Shown here: piece by piece, positions 8,164 through 16,201 of the stretch
How positions within the stretch are numbered: the first letter of the stretch is position 1
Layout: each line of letters starts with the position of its first letter
Assembly (NCBI GenBank): GCA_003484235.1
Contig: DNDP01000293.1
Coordinates: 18,474-59,745, forward strand
Reading direction: 5' to 3'
Length of the DNA stretch: 41,272 nt
Source: Verrucomicrobiales bacterium
GTDB taxonomy: Bacteria; Verrucomicrobiota; Verrucomicrobiia; Limisphaerales; RI-55
Translations under genes and position numbers: made by a program
Notes under the pieces: model-generated
The model's input: the letters and a program-made list of their open reading frames with translations, nothing else
What the model was told of the DNA's origin: nothing
The model's database searches: none

Positions 8164-11100
8164 CTATTTGGAAAGGAAGTCCTCGAACGCGCGGGCGACC
8201 GGCGCGAGCGGTACCGCATCCGTCGCGGAGAAGAACAACACGCCATAGCGCAGGCGCAGCGGCACCCCGCGCTTTGCGCCGATGAAGGTGTCCCTGGCCG
8301 GCGGAGATCTGGTGGGATTGATAACCAGTGCGCCGTAGTCCCGGGCGTGGCCCCAACATACGGGTGTGAACTTCTGGTCGGGAACGATCAAAATGCCCGT
8401 GAACTCGCCACCGAGGTTCCCGCCGTAGCTCCACCAATCGGCAGTGTTGCCCCAGACCTCCCCTTCGTTGCGTTGACCGCGGCTGTTTAGAATCGTTCCC
8501 TTGCCGGTCTTCACGGTGAGCCCGCTGGCCACGCGAATCCCGAGGCCCATCTCTTCCTGATGACCGAAGCGCAGTTCATGCTCGTCCGACACGAAAGAGG
8601 CATCCCAGACCAGCGTCGTCCCGCGGACACCGCCATTCAAATTGAGGCCGGAAAACCCGAAATGTGCCGTCTCGCGACAAACCAGCGAACCGTCGGTTCC
8701 GATCCAGTGATTCTCCACCGCGAAGTTCAGGGTATTGTTCTCGACCTTGGGTTCCGCGACAAAGTGTGCGTGTCTTACCGCAGCCTTGTGGCGCCAAAAG
8801 TCGTGCCCGTTCAGGTCGCCGAACGCGAGCCACAACCCGGGGTGCATCGTCGCGTGATCGCCGGCGTCGGTTCCTTCAATGGGCGGATGGTTGCGGGTGA
8901 TCCTGGCGCCGCCCGGCGAGTGGACATTCGCAAAGTACGGGCGGCGAACCTCGGAGTCGGAGAAGACGTAGTGCAACAGAGGCCGTCGATTGCGGGTCAT
9001 CACCAGGCGGTCGTCTCGGAGTTCGAACGCAAAGCCGGTCTCCGGTGCGGCTGAACGGGTTGGCCCTGGATTCGTGGTGATTGGGCTGCCCTCCGTCATC
9101 AGGTAGGCCGTCAGATCAGCCACCTCCTGATCGCGCAGAACCATGGCATACCCGGGCATCGCCGAATTTCGCGAGGTCCCGCGCGACCTGATGCGCGAAT
9201 TCGGGACCGTACGTCGCGTGCCGTCGGCGAGGCCCAGACTCACACCAAGCCCGCTTTCTTCGATGAGAATCCCTGCGAGTGTTTCGTCGTCGGTCTCGAG
9301 CTGTATCTGCTGGAAGCCTTCCGTGATGACCGCGTCCGGTTCGAGCATGGATTGAACGGCGTGCTGGACCGTGGACCGCGTCGCCAGCGCGGTCAGATCG
9401 GGTCCGAATGCGTTCCCGTGATCGTCCAACCGATGACACTGAAAGCAACCGGGGCCATTCGCATCGTGAAACAACCAGCGACCGGAATGCGGATCACCAT
9501 TTCCAACCAGCTGCATCGCGGTTGCAACTGTTGCTGGCGCGATTGGCGGCTGCAGTGGCAAGGGCTCGACGATGGCGATGTACATGCCCTTGCCATGCGG
9601 TTTGGCGTCGTCGGTGTTGCCTCCGAGCGTGATTTTTCCGGCGGGAAACTCCGCGGTGTGAAGGCGGAAGAACCAGTGATCCGCCTGGATGACGTCGGTC
9701 AAAGGCGTGAACTGCCCCCGCATCCAACGGGGCGCGGCGGGCAGTCGATGGTCGAGCGCCATCGTGATCCTCACGGGGCGATGAGCCACAAAGGAAAGCC
9801 ATTCCGATCCGTTGACCGCTTCGTCCTCGTTCTGTGTTTGAATGAATGTGGCGCCGAGCAATGCCTCGGGAACGCGTTCGATGGTGTGGCGCCGATCGGT
9901 GTAAGGACGTGCGCCCGGCCGCAGATCGGCAACGACCCGATAGTCGCCTCCATTGTTGGCGCGAATCTCCGAAATGATCGGCGGGTGCGGCGGGGCGGCG
10001 GTCCAGCGCCCGGGCTGCGCTGCTGGTGGCGGTTCATCGCGGGCATTCAGCGGTCTGCCCTTCAATACGGCCCGTTCGCCTTCCGCACCTTTGTTCAACC
10101 GGAGTCGGGCCAGATCGCGGACCAATGGTGATGCATCGTTGGCGAGCTCACGAATCTGCGCCAGTTCCAGCGCCTGATCTTCGAGCAATGCCAGCACGGC
10201 CGCGCGACGGATTGCCGGCCGGTCGTCCTGGAGAAGCCTCCGAAGTTCTTCTCGGGGAACCAGCCGCCGCAGCGCCTGCCACCCTGCGTAGTAGACCGTT
10301 GGGTCGTCTTCCTTCGTCAGAACGGCCCGCAACAAATCGAGTGCACCGGGTGGCCTGGAGTGGCGAACTGCGTGGACCCCTTCAATTCGTAGCCGTGCAT
10401 CTGAATCGGCCAACGCGATTCTGCCCAGTCCGGCCACGTGGTGGCGGCTGCTTCGTCGATCCCGGTCGGCCAGCGCGCGGAGCGACTGAATGCGCACATT
10501 CAACCGACTTGTGCGGTCCGAGAACAAAGCGGCCAGACGTTCCTCAAGGCGTTGGTCGTTGAGGTCCATCCTCGCCAGCGTCCAGATCAACCACGTTTCC
10601 TGCCGCTGGCTGGCGCTGCCGTCAAGGCGGCCGACGAGCTGCGGAACCAAACTGGCACCGCGGCGAACGATCTCATCCTGCGCGTCAATCCTTCTGACCG
10701 GCAGAGGTGATTCGCAATCGCTCAACAGCTCCTCGACGGGACGATCATGGATAGGGGTGCGACGGCCCGCGGCATTCTCGTCCCTCACGATCCGATTGTT
10801 GTGGGTGACCCGAAAGACACGGCCTTCACTCGTCATTTTGCCATCCTTGAATTCCGCGCCGTAGCCGCTGCCCCAGCCAAGAATCCAAAGCGCGCCGTCG
10901 GGACCGACTTCGATGTCGGTCGGACGAAACAATGATTTGCCGCCGACGATGAACGTTTCCAATCCATTCTCCGATCGCAGCAACGCACCATCCCAACGTG
11001 GTCGCCATACGTAGGTCATCTTGTTCAACCAGTCGTTGATGAAGAACACGTCGCGGTGCGACTCCGGAAACGCCGGCGAACTGCCAAAGATGATTCCCGT

Positions 11101-12060
11101 GCCGGAGCCGTCGAACAACGGCCCGCTCACCGGTGCGGTCGGCGCGTGCGGCTCGGTGCCCCAGTGTGAACTCCACGGATGATTCCAGCCGAAGTGCGCG
11201 CCCGGATACGGCATGAAGATCTGATCGCCCTGCGTCTGGTCGTTGTCCGTTCCAAGCCAGTTGAAGGCGTCGTCCATCGCAATGTCCCATGGATTCCTCG
11301 CGCCACGGGAGATGATCTCGAGGTTGCCGCCGTCGCGGTCACAGCGCAGCACGCCGCCTTCGCGTCCCCAGTCGTCGCGCGGATCGTGATGGTTCTTTCG
11401 GTAATTCTCCGCCGTGAATCTAACCGGTTCGGGAAAGTCGGGTGTGTTGGCCGGAGCGGTGACACCCCACAAATCCCGAAAGGCCCCCGGAGCGACGCGG
11501 CCCGGCTGGGTCAATCCCTTCGAGTTTCCCTTGCTCATGTAGAGCCGTCCGTCCGGACCCCACGTGAGTCCGTGCAGACCGTGCTCCAGATTTCCTAGAT
11601 CCGTGTAGAGCCGGATGTATTGATCGGCGACGTCATCGCCATCAAGGTCGCGCACGACCGTCAGGTCCGGTGCGTTGGCAATCCACAGTTCATCCCCACG
11701 CCACGCGAGACCCTGGATGCAGTTGAAGCCGGTGGCGAAGGTTCTGGTTTCGTCCGCCTTGCCGTCGCCATCCGTGTCCAACACGAATACCACGCTGTCG
11801 CCGGGCGTGTCCGGCGTGGGATTGCGATACTGCGGGCCCATGCCGACACACAACCGCCCCTCTGCATCAAACGCCATCGCCCCCGGCTGACGCACCAGCG
11901 GTTCACGAGCAAAGAAGGAGATTGCGAATCCCTCGGGCACGGTTGGCAGCAGGTCATGATCGGACTGGCGATCGAACTCCCAATTGGGATCCTGGGCTGC
12001 CTCGACGGGCAACAGCACGGCAACGAGACATCCAAGCAACAGGAATGCGGGGCGTATCAC
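8164..12060 (-). CDS. Giant secreted fusion protein: sugar-dehydrogenase-like beta-propeller + HEAT repeats + beta-sandwich + c-type cytochrome (CxxCH) + PmoA-like (DUF6807) domain
   Basis: The ORF runs 8164-12306. GTG 12060 gives MIRPAFLLLGCLVAVLLPVEAAQ, a good signal peptide; ATG 12207 is the alternative. The N-terminal region resembles the PVC 'membrane-bound dehydrogenase' propeller (DGDGKADE, LDGDDVADQ). It is followed by HEAT-like repeats (RL..L.D....VR..A). The heme motif CFQCH lies at nt 9433-9447, with a downstream MPGY. The C-terminal ~290 aa (nt 8164-9040; FAFELRDDRLVM..RPYFANVHSPGG..HPGLWLAFGDLNG) is PmoA-like. Confidence 0.85.
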   Translation of the reverse strand: MIRPAFLLLGCLVAVLLPVEAAQDPNWEFDRQSDHDLLPTVPEGFAISFFAREPLVRQPGAMAFDAEGRLCVGMGPQYRNPTPDTPGDSVVFVLDTDGDGKADETRTFATGFNCIQGLAWRGDELWIANAPDLTVVRDLDGDDVADQYIRLYTDLGNLEHGLHGLTWGPDGRLYMSKGNSKGLTQPGRVAPGAFRDLWGVTAPANTPDFPEPVRFTAENYRKNHHDPRDDWGREGGVLRCDRDGGNLEIISRGARNPWDIAMDDAFNWLGTDNDQTQGDQIFMPYPGAHFGWNHPWSSHWGTEPHAPTAPVSGPLFDGSGTGIIFGSSPAFPESHRDVFFINDWLNKMTYVWRPRWDGALLRSENGLETFIVGGKSLFRPTDIEVGPDGALWILGWGSGYGAEFKDGKMTSEGRVFRVTHNNRIVRDENAAGRRTPIHDRPVEELLSDCESPLPVRRIDAQDEIVRRGASLVPQLVGRLDGSASQRQETWLIWTLARMDLNDQRLEERLAALFSDRTSRLNVRIQSLRALADRDRRSSRHHVAGLGRIALADSDARLRIEGVHAVRHSRPPGALDLLRAVLTKEDDPTVYYAGWQALRRLVPREELRRLLQDDRPAIRRAAVLALLEDQALELAQIRELANDASPLVRDLARLRLNKGAEGERAVLKGRPLNARDEPPPAAQPGRWTAAPPHPPIISEIRANNGGDYRVVADLRPGARPYTDRRHTIERVPEALLGATFIQTQNEDEAVNGSEWLSFVAHRPVRITMALDHRLPAAPRWMRGQFTPLTDVIQADHWFFRLHTAEFPAGKITLGGNTDDAKPHGKGMYIAIVEPLPLQPPIAPATVATAMQLVGNGDPHSGRWLFHDANGPGCFQCHRLDDHGNAFGPDLTALATRSTVQHAVQSMLEPDAVITEGFQQIQLETDDETLAGILIEESGLGVSLGLADGTRRTVPNSRIRSRGTSRNSAMPGYAMVLRDQEVADLTAYLMTEGSPITTNPGPTRSAAPETGFAFELRDDRLVMTRNRRPLLHYVFSDSEVRRPYFANVHSPGGARITRNHPPIEGTDAGDHATMHPGLWLAFGDLNGHDFWRHKAAVRHAHFVAEPKVENNTLNFAVENHWIGTDGSLVCRETAHFGFSGLNLNGGVRGTTLVWDASFVSDEHELRFGHQEEMGLGIRVASGLTVKTGKGTILNSRGQRNEGEVWGNTADWWSYGGNLGGEFTGILIVPDQKFTPVCWGHARDYGALVINPTRSPPARDTFIGAKRGVPLRLRYGVLFFSATDAVPLAPVARAFEDFLSK

Positions 12061-12336
12061 AGTTGAGGGAGCTTGCGGTCGTTGGCCCCGGCTACCGGTG
12101 TCACTGCTTGTTTCTCCGGGGACGTGGCCAGGCTCGCGGTAAGGACGGTGCCCGTGCCGGCGGCGGTGCTGAGAAACGTTCGGGGGGTCAAGCTGGGTAC
12201 GCTCCATGGCGCGGAGGGCGATGGTAGAGGTTGAGTGCCATTGCTTCAGTGGCTGCTGTGACCAAGGGATCTCCCGGAGTCTGTTGCGGCGTGGCAACAA
12301 AATCAACCGTCCACGACGCGCCGGCTGAATGATGAA

Positions 12337-12365
12337 CGCCGGTTCTCCACCAGGGAGAACCGGCG
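12337..12365 (-). terminator. Putative intrinsic terminator hairpin after the beta-lactamase-fold gene
   Basis: Perfect 12-bp GC-rich stem (cgccggttctcc / ggagaaccggcg) with a 5-nt loop, 18 nt after the stop at 12384. On the minus strand it is followed by UUCAUCAUUC, a weak U-tract. Confidence 0.45.
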
Positions 12366-12383
12366 TGGGGGAAGGGAGTGGAT

Positions 12384-13823
12384 TCAGTTCGAACGAGTCA
12401 CCGACACGGTGGCACGGGCCACGCCCGCCGCGTGATCCCGTGGACCTTCGTGCGAGTTGGTGCAGACGATCACCATGGTGTCCGCAGTCTGGGTGTAGAG
12501 CGTGAAGAACCCACGATCATTGCCCCCGGCACCCACGTCTCCGCCGCCGTATCGACGCGTCGATTCCGGTGAGAGCAAGTTTCCTCCCAGCACGGCCCGG
12601 TTCCAGCGGTAGAGGTCGGCTGCGGTGGAGACCATCCCGCCGCTTCCCATCACCAGCCAGGAGGTGCGGCCCCAGTGCTGCGGGGCGTTCAGAGGCGGAA
12701 TCCGGTTCGCACCATAGCCGACGGCGATCTGATCGGGATCAAGATCCCTGGTGATCGGGTAAAGACCGGTCCGCGTCATGCCGGCCGGTTCGAACAGGTG
12801 CTCCTGCAGAAAGTCCGCGTAGGACTGATCGGAGGCGATTTCAATTACCGCCGCCAGGACGCCCCATGCTGAATGGGAATGGGCTTCAGCGGTTCCTGGA
12901 GCGAAGAGCAGCTCACTCCCCAGAATTCGCCGCAGCGCCGTCTCCCGGTCAATCCAGCTGAGATCGAGATCGTCGTCGACACCGGGGATGCCATGAAAGT
13001 TCTTCAGGCCCGAGCGGCCCGTCATGAGATGCTGCAGGGTGATCGCCTGCTTGTCCGCCGGCACGTCCTTCAGGAAACGGGTGATCCGATCGGAGGTCGT
13101 CAGTTTGCCCAGGTCCACCAGCTTGAGAATCGCGGCGTGGGTGAAGTCGATGGGAGTGGAGCCAATGGCAAACACCGTGTTGGTGGTGTTGGGAATCCGC
13201 TTCTCGCGGTTGGCAAGGCCGAATCCGCGATGAAGCACGATGCGCCCGTCGCGTGCGGCCAGCACCACGCCGGAGAATCCCTTTCCTGCCTCCTCTTCTA
13301 GCCGCTCCGCCATGTTGTTCCAGTTCATCGGTGCGACCTCGACGTGGGGCGCGGTCGACCGGCTGGCTTTTTGTTTCAGCGTTTCAATCCAGTAGGGTGG
13401 CTCCCCGCTGACCGCCAACGTCACCTCATGCATGTGCGGCCCCTGCTCGAAGGTCATGTCGAGCGTCCGATCGCCGGCGTCTTTCCAGAGGACACCTCCC
13501 GCGTTGCGGCAGTGTTTTCGGATCTCCTCCAAAGAGGCGGCAAGCTGCTCCTCGCCCAGTGCCTTGCGCGTGGCGGGTGCAACGTGCTCGTTGATGAATC
13601 GTGCGGTGTCGGTTCGGGCGTTCGTGTTGACGTAGCGTTCGAACGCGAGACCGCGTTTTCGCAGCGCCTGATTGGCGGGGCTGCCTTCCTGGGCGATGAG
13701 AGGATTGCCCGGGCCGATGGCGAGCAATAGCGCTCCGACTACGGCGCTGGTGGTTTTGGTGAAGGATGGCAGGCGAAGCGTGCCATTCCCCAATGCTTCT
13801 GCAGGTGGAATTGAATGTTTCAT
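12384..13823 (-). CDS. Secreted beta-lactamase/serine-hydrolase-fold protein with extra N-terminal domain; catalytic motifs appear degenerate
   Basis: ATG 13823 (MKHSIPP..) or 13847. A hydrophobic signal is present (TSAVVGALLLAIGPG). Beta-lactamase-family pattern: GFSGVVLAARDGRIVLHRGFGLAN...NTVFAIGSTPIDFTHAAILKLVDLGKL. Where SxxK is expected the sequence reads S-T-P-I (nt 13149-13160). Confidence 0.78.
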   Translation of the reverse strand: MKHSIPPAEALGNGTLRLPSFTKTTSAVVGALLLAIGPGNPLIAQEGSPANQALRKRGLAFERYVNTNARTDTARFINEHVAPATRKALGEEQLAASLEEIRKHCRNAGGVLWKDAGDRTLDMTFEQGPHMHEVTLAVSGEPPYWIETLKQKASRSTAPHVEVAPMNWNNMAERLEEEAGKGFSGVVLAARDGRIVLHRGFGLANREKRIPNTTNTVFAIGSTPIDFTHAAILKLVDLGKLTTSDRITRFLKDVPADKQAITLQHLMTGRSGLKNFHGIPGVDDDLDLSWIDRETALRRILGSELLFAPGTAEAHSHSAWGVLAAVIEIASDQSYADFLQEHLFEPAGMTRTGLYPITRDLDPDQIAVGYGANRIPPLNAPQHWGRTSWLVMGSGGMVSTAADLYRWNRAVLGGNLLSPESTRRYGGGDVGAGGNDRGFFTLYTQTADTMVIVCTNSHEGPRDHAAGVARATVSVTRSN

Positions 13824-13936
13824 CGTCACCGGTGTGACCTGAATCACTGGCCATCACCAGTGAGCAGTGATGAAGCGCGGCAATTGTGGGATGAAGCGAG
13901 GGCCCTGTGGCGCGAACGGCACGTCCGCGGGACCGG

Positions 13937-14674
13937 TCAGATGCCGGCCAGCCGGCGCTGCAGTTCCCGCAAGCCGCACGTGGCGGTGATGCGGCTGCCG
14001 TCGCGCAGCACCATCACCAACTGGCTTGCCGGTCCCGGTTCCACCTCGCGCACCCGCCGCAGATTCACGATGGCCGAACGACTCACACGCATGAAGCCGG
14101 CCCCGGAAAGCCGTTGCTCAAGGGACTGCATGGTCTCCCGCATGATGTGGTTGTCCTTGCCGGCATGCAGCACGGCGTAGTTGCCGGCCGACTCCACGTG
14201 ATCGATCTCGGCGGCGCGAAGGAACAGGATGCGTTCGGGTGACTTGATCATGAGCCGGAGATCCTGCGCGCGCGCGGCCCTGACATCATCCGCCAGCGCG
14301 CGCAGGCCGGGATCTGCTTCGCCCAGCTCCCGGGCGAGCCGCCTTCGTGCCCGGTCCAGCGAATCACGGAAACGTTCCTGCTTGAACGGTTTCAGCAGAT
14401 AGTCCAGCGCATGCACCTCGAACGCACGCAACGCATGCTCGTCATGAGCGGTGGTGAAGACGGTCACGGGCATCCGCTGTGGTGAGGTGGCTTCGATCAC
14501 TTCAAACCCGTCCATGCGCGGCATCTGGACATCCAGGAACACCAAGTCGGGCCGTTCCCTTTCGATCAATTCCACGGCCTGAAGTCCGTCAACGCATTCT
14601 CCGACCACCTGCATGTCGGGTTCCTCGGCGAGGAGCGCGCGCACGCGCTGCCGGGCCAGCCGCTCATCGTCCAC
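13937..14674 (-). CDS. LytTR-family (LytR/AlgR) response regulator
   Basis: It has a receiver domain (VDDE...PDLVFLDVQMPRMDGFEV...TAHDEHALRAFEVHALDYLLKP) and a C-terminal LytTR DNA-binding domain (ILFLRAAEIDHVESAGNYAVLHAG...MRVSRSAIVNL). The listed GTG start would delete receiver strand beta-1, so the true start is probably upstream (CTG 14707, see findings). Confidence 0.88.
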   Translation of the reverse strand: MDDERLARQRVRALLAEEPDMQVVGECVDGLQAVELIERERPDLVFLDVQMPRMDGFEVIEATSPQRMPVTVFTTAHDEHALRAFEVHALDYLLKPFKQERFRDSLDRARRRLARELGEADPGLRALADDVRAARAQDLRLMIKSPERILFLRAAEIDHVESAGNYAVLHAGKDNHIMRETMQSLEQRLSGAGFMRVSRSAIVNLRRVREVEPGPASQLVMVLRDGSRITATCGLRELQRRLAGI

Positions 14675-14703
14675 GATCAGGCAGGAGATGGGGGCTTCCG
14701 GTT

Positions 14704-16089
14704 TCAGGGCGTCCCTCCTTCCACCGGCAGTGCAAGAATCACGGCCAGCCCTCCAGATTGCGAGTCCTCGAACCGGATGGACGCACGGTCACCAAAGGCG
14801 GCGCGCAGGCGTTCCTTCACGTTGGCCAGGCCTACTCCCGTTTGTTTTTGCGGAGAGTTCGCGTCACGGAGGCCAACTCCGTTGTCGGCCACCTCCAACA
14901 GGAGCGTGTCTTCGGTCCGTGACACCCGCAGTTGGATGACCCCCGGTTGGTCGGATCGCTCCAGGCCGTGTTGAATCGCATTCTCCACCAGCGGTTGCAG
15001 GAGGAGGCTGGGCAGCCTGCAGTCCTCCGCCCCGGGATCGACCTGCTCCTCCATCCGCAGCCGGTCACCAAACCGCATCTGCTGAATTCCGCAGTAGCTC
15101 CGGATGAAGTCCAGTTCCTCGCGCACGGTGGACCACGGGCGGCCGGCCTGATCCAGCGACCGGCGCAGCAGATCGCTCAACGAGACCAACATCTCCTCGG
15201 CGACGCGGGGATCCGAGCGCACCAGGGAGGTGATCGAGTTCAGGGTGTTGAACAGGAAGTGTGGTTGAAGCTGTTGCCGCAGGGCCGTCAGCCGGGCCTG
15301 CACCAATCCCGCTTCCAGGACCGCCGTTCTCCGCTCGCGATCGTGAAAGCGGCGCCGGAAGTGCAGGGCATGGCCCAACCCGATGAGTGACAGGCTGGCA
15401 AAGAAGTCCAACCCGGCGGAGAAGGGATCACCGGCGGCTCCGAACCGGATGGGGATTTCTGTGTGCAGCACTTCCTCGCGAACTGTGTCGAACGAGACCT
15501 CCGTGTTCGTTGACGCGGCGATGGGTGACCCGTTCTTTTCCGGGTCCAACCGGATGCGTCCGGGTGTTGGGTTCCCGCGTGGAACGTTCTGGTCGGTTCC
15601 CACCTCGATTCGGCGCTGGGTGTCGATGTATGTTTCTTTACTTCCACCGCTGCGGACGGTTTCCGATATCTGCACCATGAACTGTCCGGACTGCGGTGCC
15701 ACCAGACGCACCACAAACCATTGCGCCGCCAAGGTGAATCCCAGGGCTCCGAGTAAAAGGACAACCAGGTGCCGGGCCAGGAAAGGCTGCTCCAGCGTAA
15801 ATCGCGATGACAACCAGAGCAGATAGGGAGCGAGTAGAAGCCAAGGGTAAAACCGGCTCAGCGCGAGGTGGGCCATGAGCAGCTTCCAACGCACCTCGGA
15901 TCCGCTGCCGTCGGCCTCGTCGGAGCCCTCAATCCAAGCCGGAACATCCCACGCCGCCAACAGCAGGACCGCCGTCAACACCAGCACCGACCAGGCCGCC
16001 AGCAGACGACCCCATCGCGCCTGTGCCTCGCACACGCCGGTCTCCGCAGGGATCGGAATCGCCTTCATCGGGAAACTCAACTGCCGCAC
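14704..16089 (-). CDS. LytS/YehU-type sensor histidine kinase
   Basis: It has the signature phospho-acceptor region of the LytS-type His_kinase family (LRQQLQPHFLFNTLNSITSLV) and an HATPase_c domain (LLLQPLVENAIQHG, ADNGVGL, GVGLANVKERL). Four predicted TM helices are present. The start is ATG 16089 or 16068. Confidence 0.88.
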   Translation of the reverse strand: MRQLSFPMKAIPIPAETGVCEAQARWGRLLAAWSVLVLTAVLLLAAWDVPAWIEGSDEADGSGSEVRWKLLMAHLALSRFYPWLLLAPYLLWLSSRFTLEQPFLARHLVVLLLGALGFTLAAQWFVVRLVAPQSGQFMVQISETVRSGGSKETYIDTQRRIEVGTDQNVPRGNPTPGRIRLDPEKNGSPIAASTNTEVSFDTVREEVLHTEIPIRFGAAGDPFSAGLDFFASLSLIGLGHALHFRRRFHDRERRTAVLEAGLVQARLTALRQQLQPHFLFNTLNSITSLVRSDPRVAEEMLVSLSDLLRRSLDQAGRPWSTVREELDFIRSYCGIQQMRFGDRLRMEEQVDPGAEDCRLPSLLLQPLVENAIQHGLERSDQPGVIQLRVSRTEDTLLLEVADNGVGLRDANSPQKQTGVGLANVKERLRAAFGDRASIRFEDSQSGGLAVILALPVEGGTP

Positions 16090-16201
16090 ACCATCTTAAC
16101 CGGTCAACGGGTGGAAGTGCGCGCGTGCTGTGACGAACCCCCACATATTTGGGATGAACGGAATCGATCAGGAGGCTTCCAGCCCCGCGCCGTCCGCGGA
16201 C

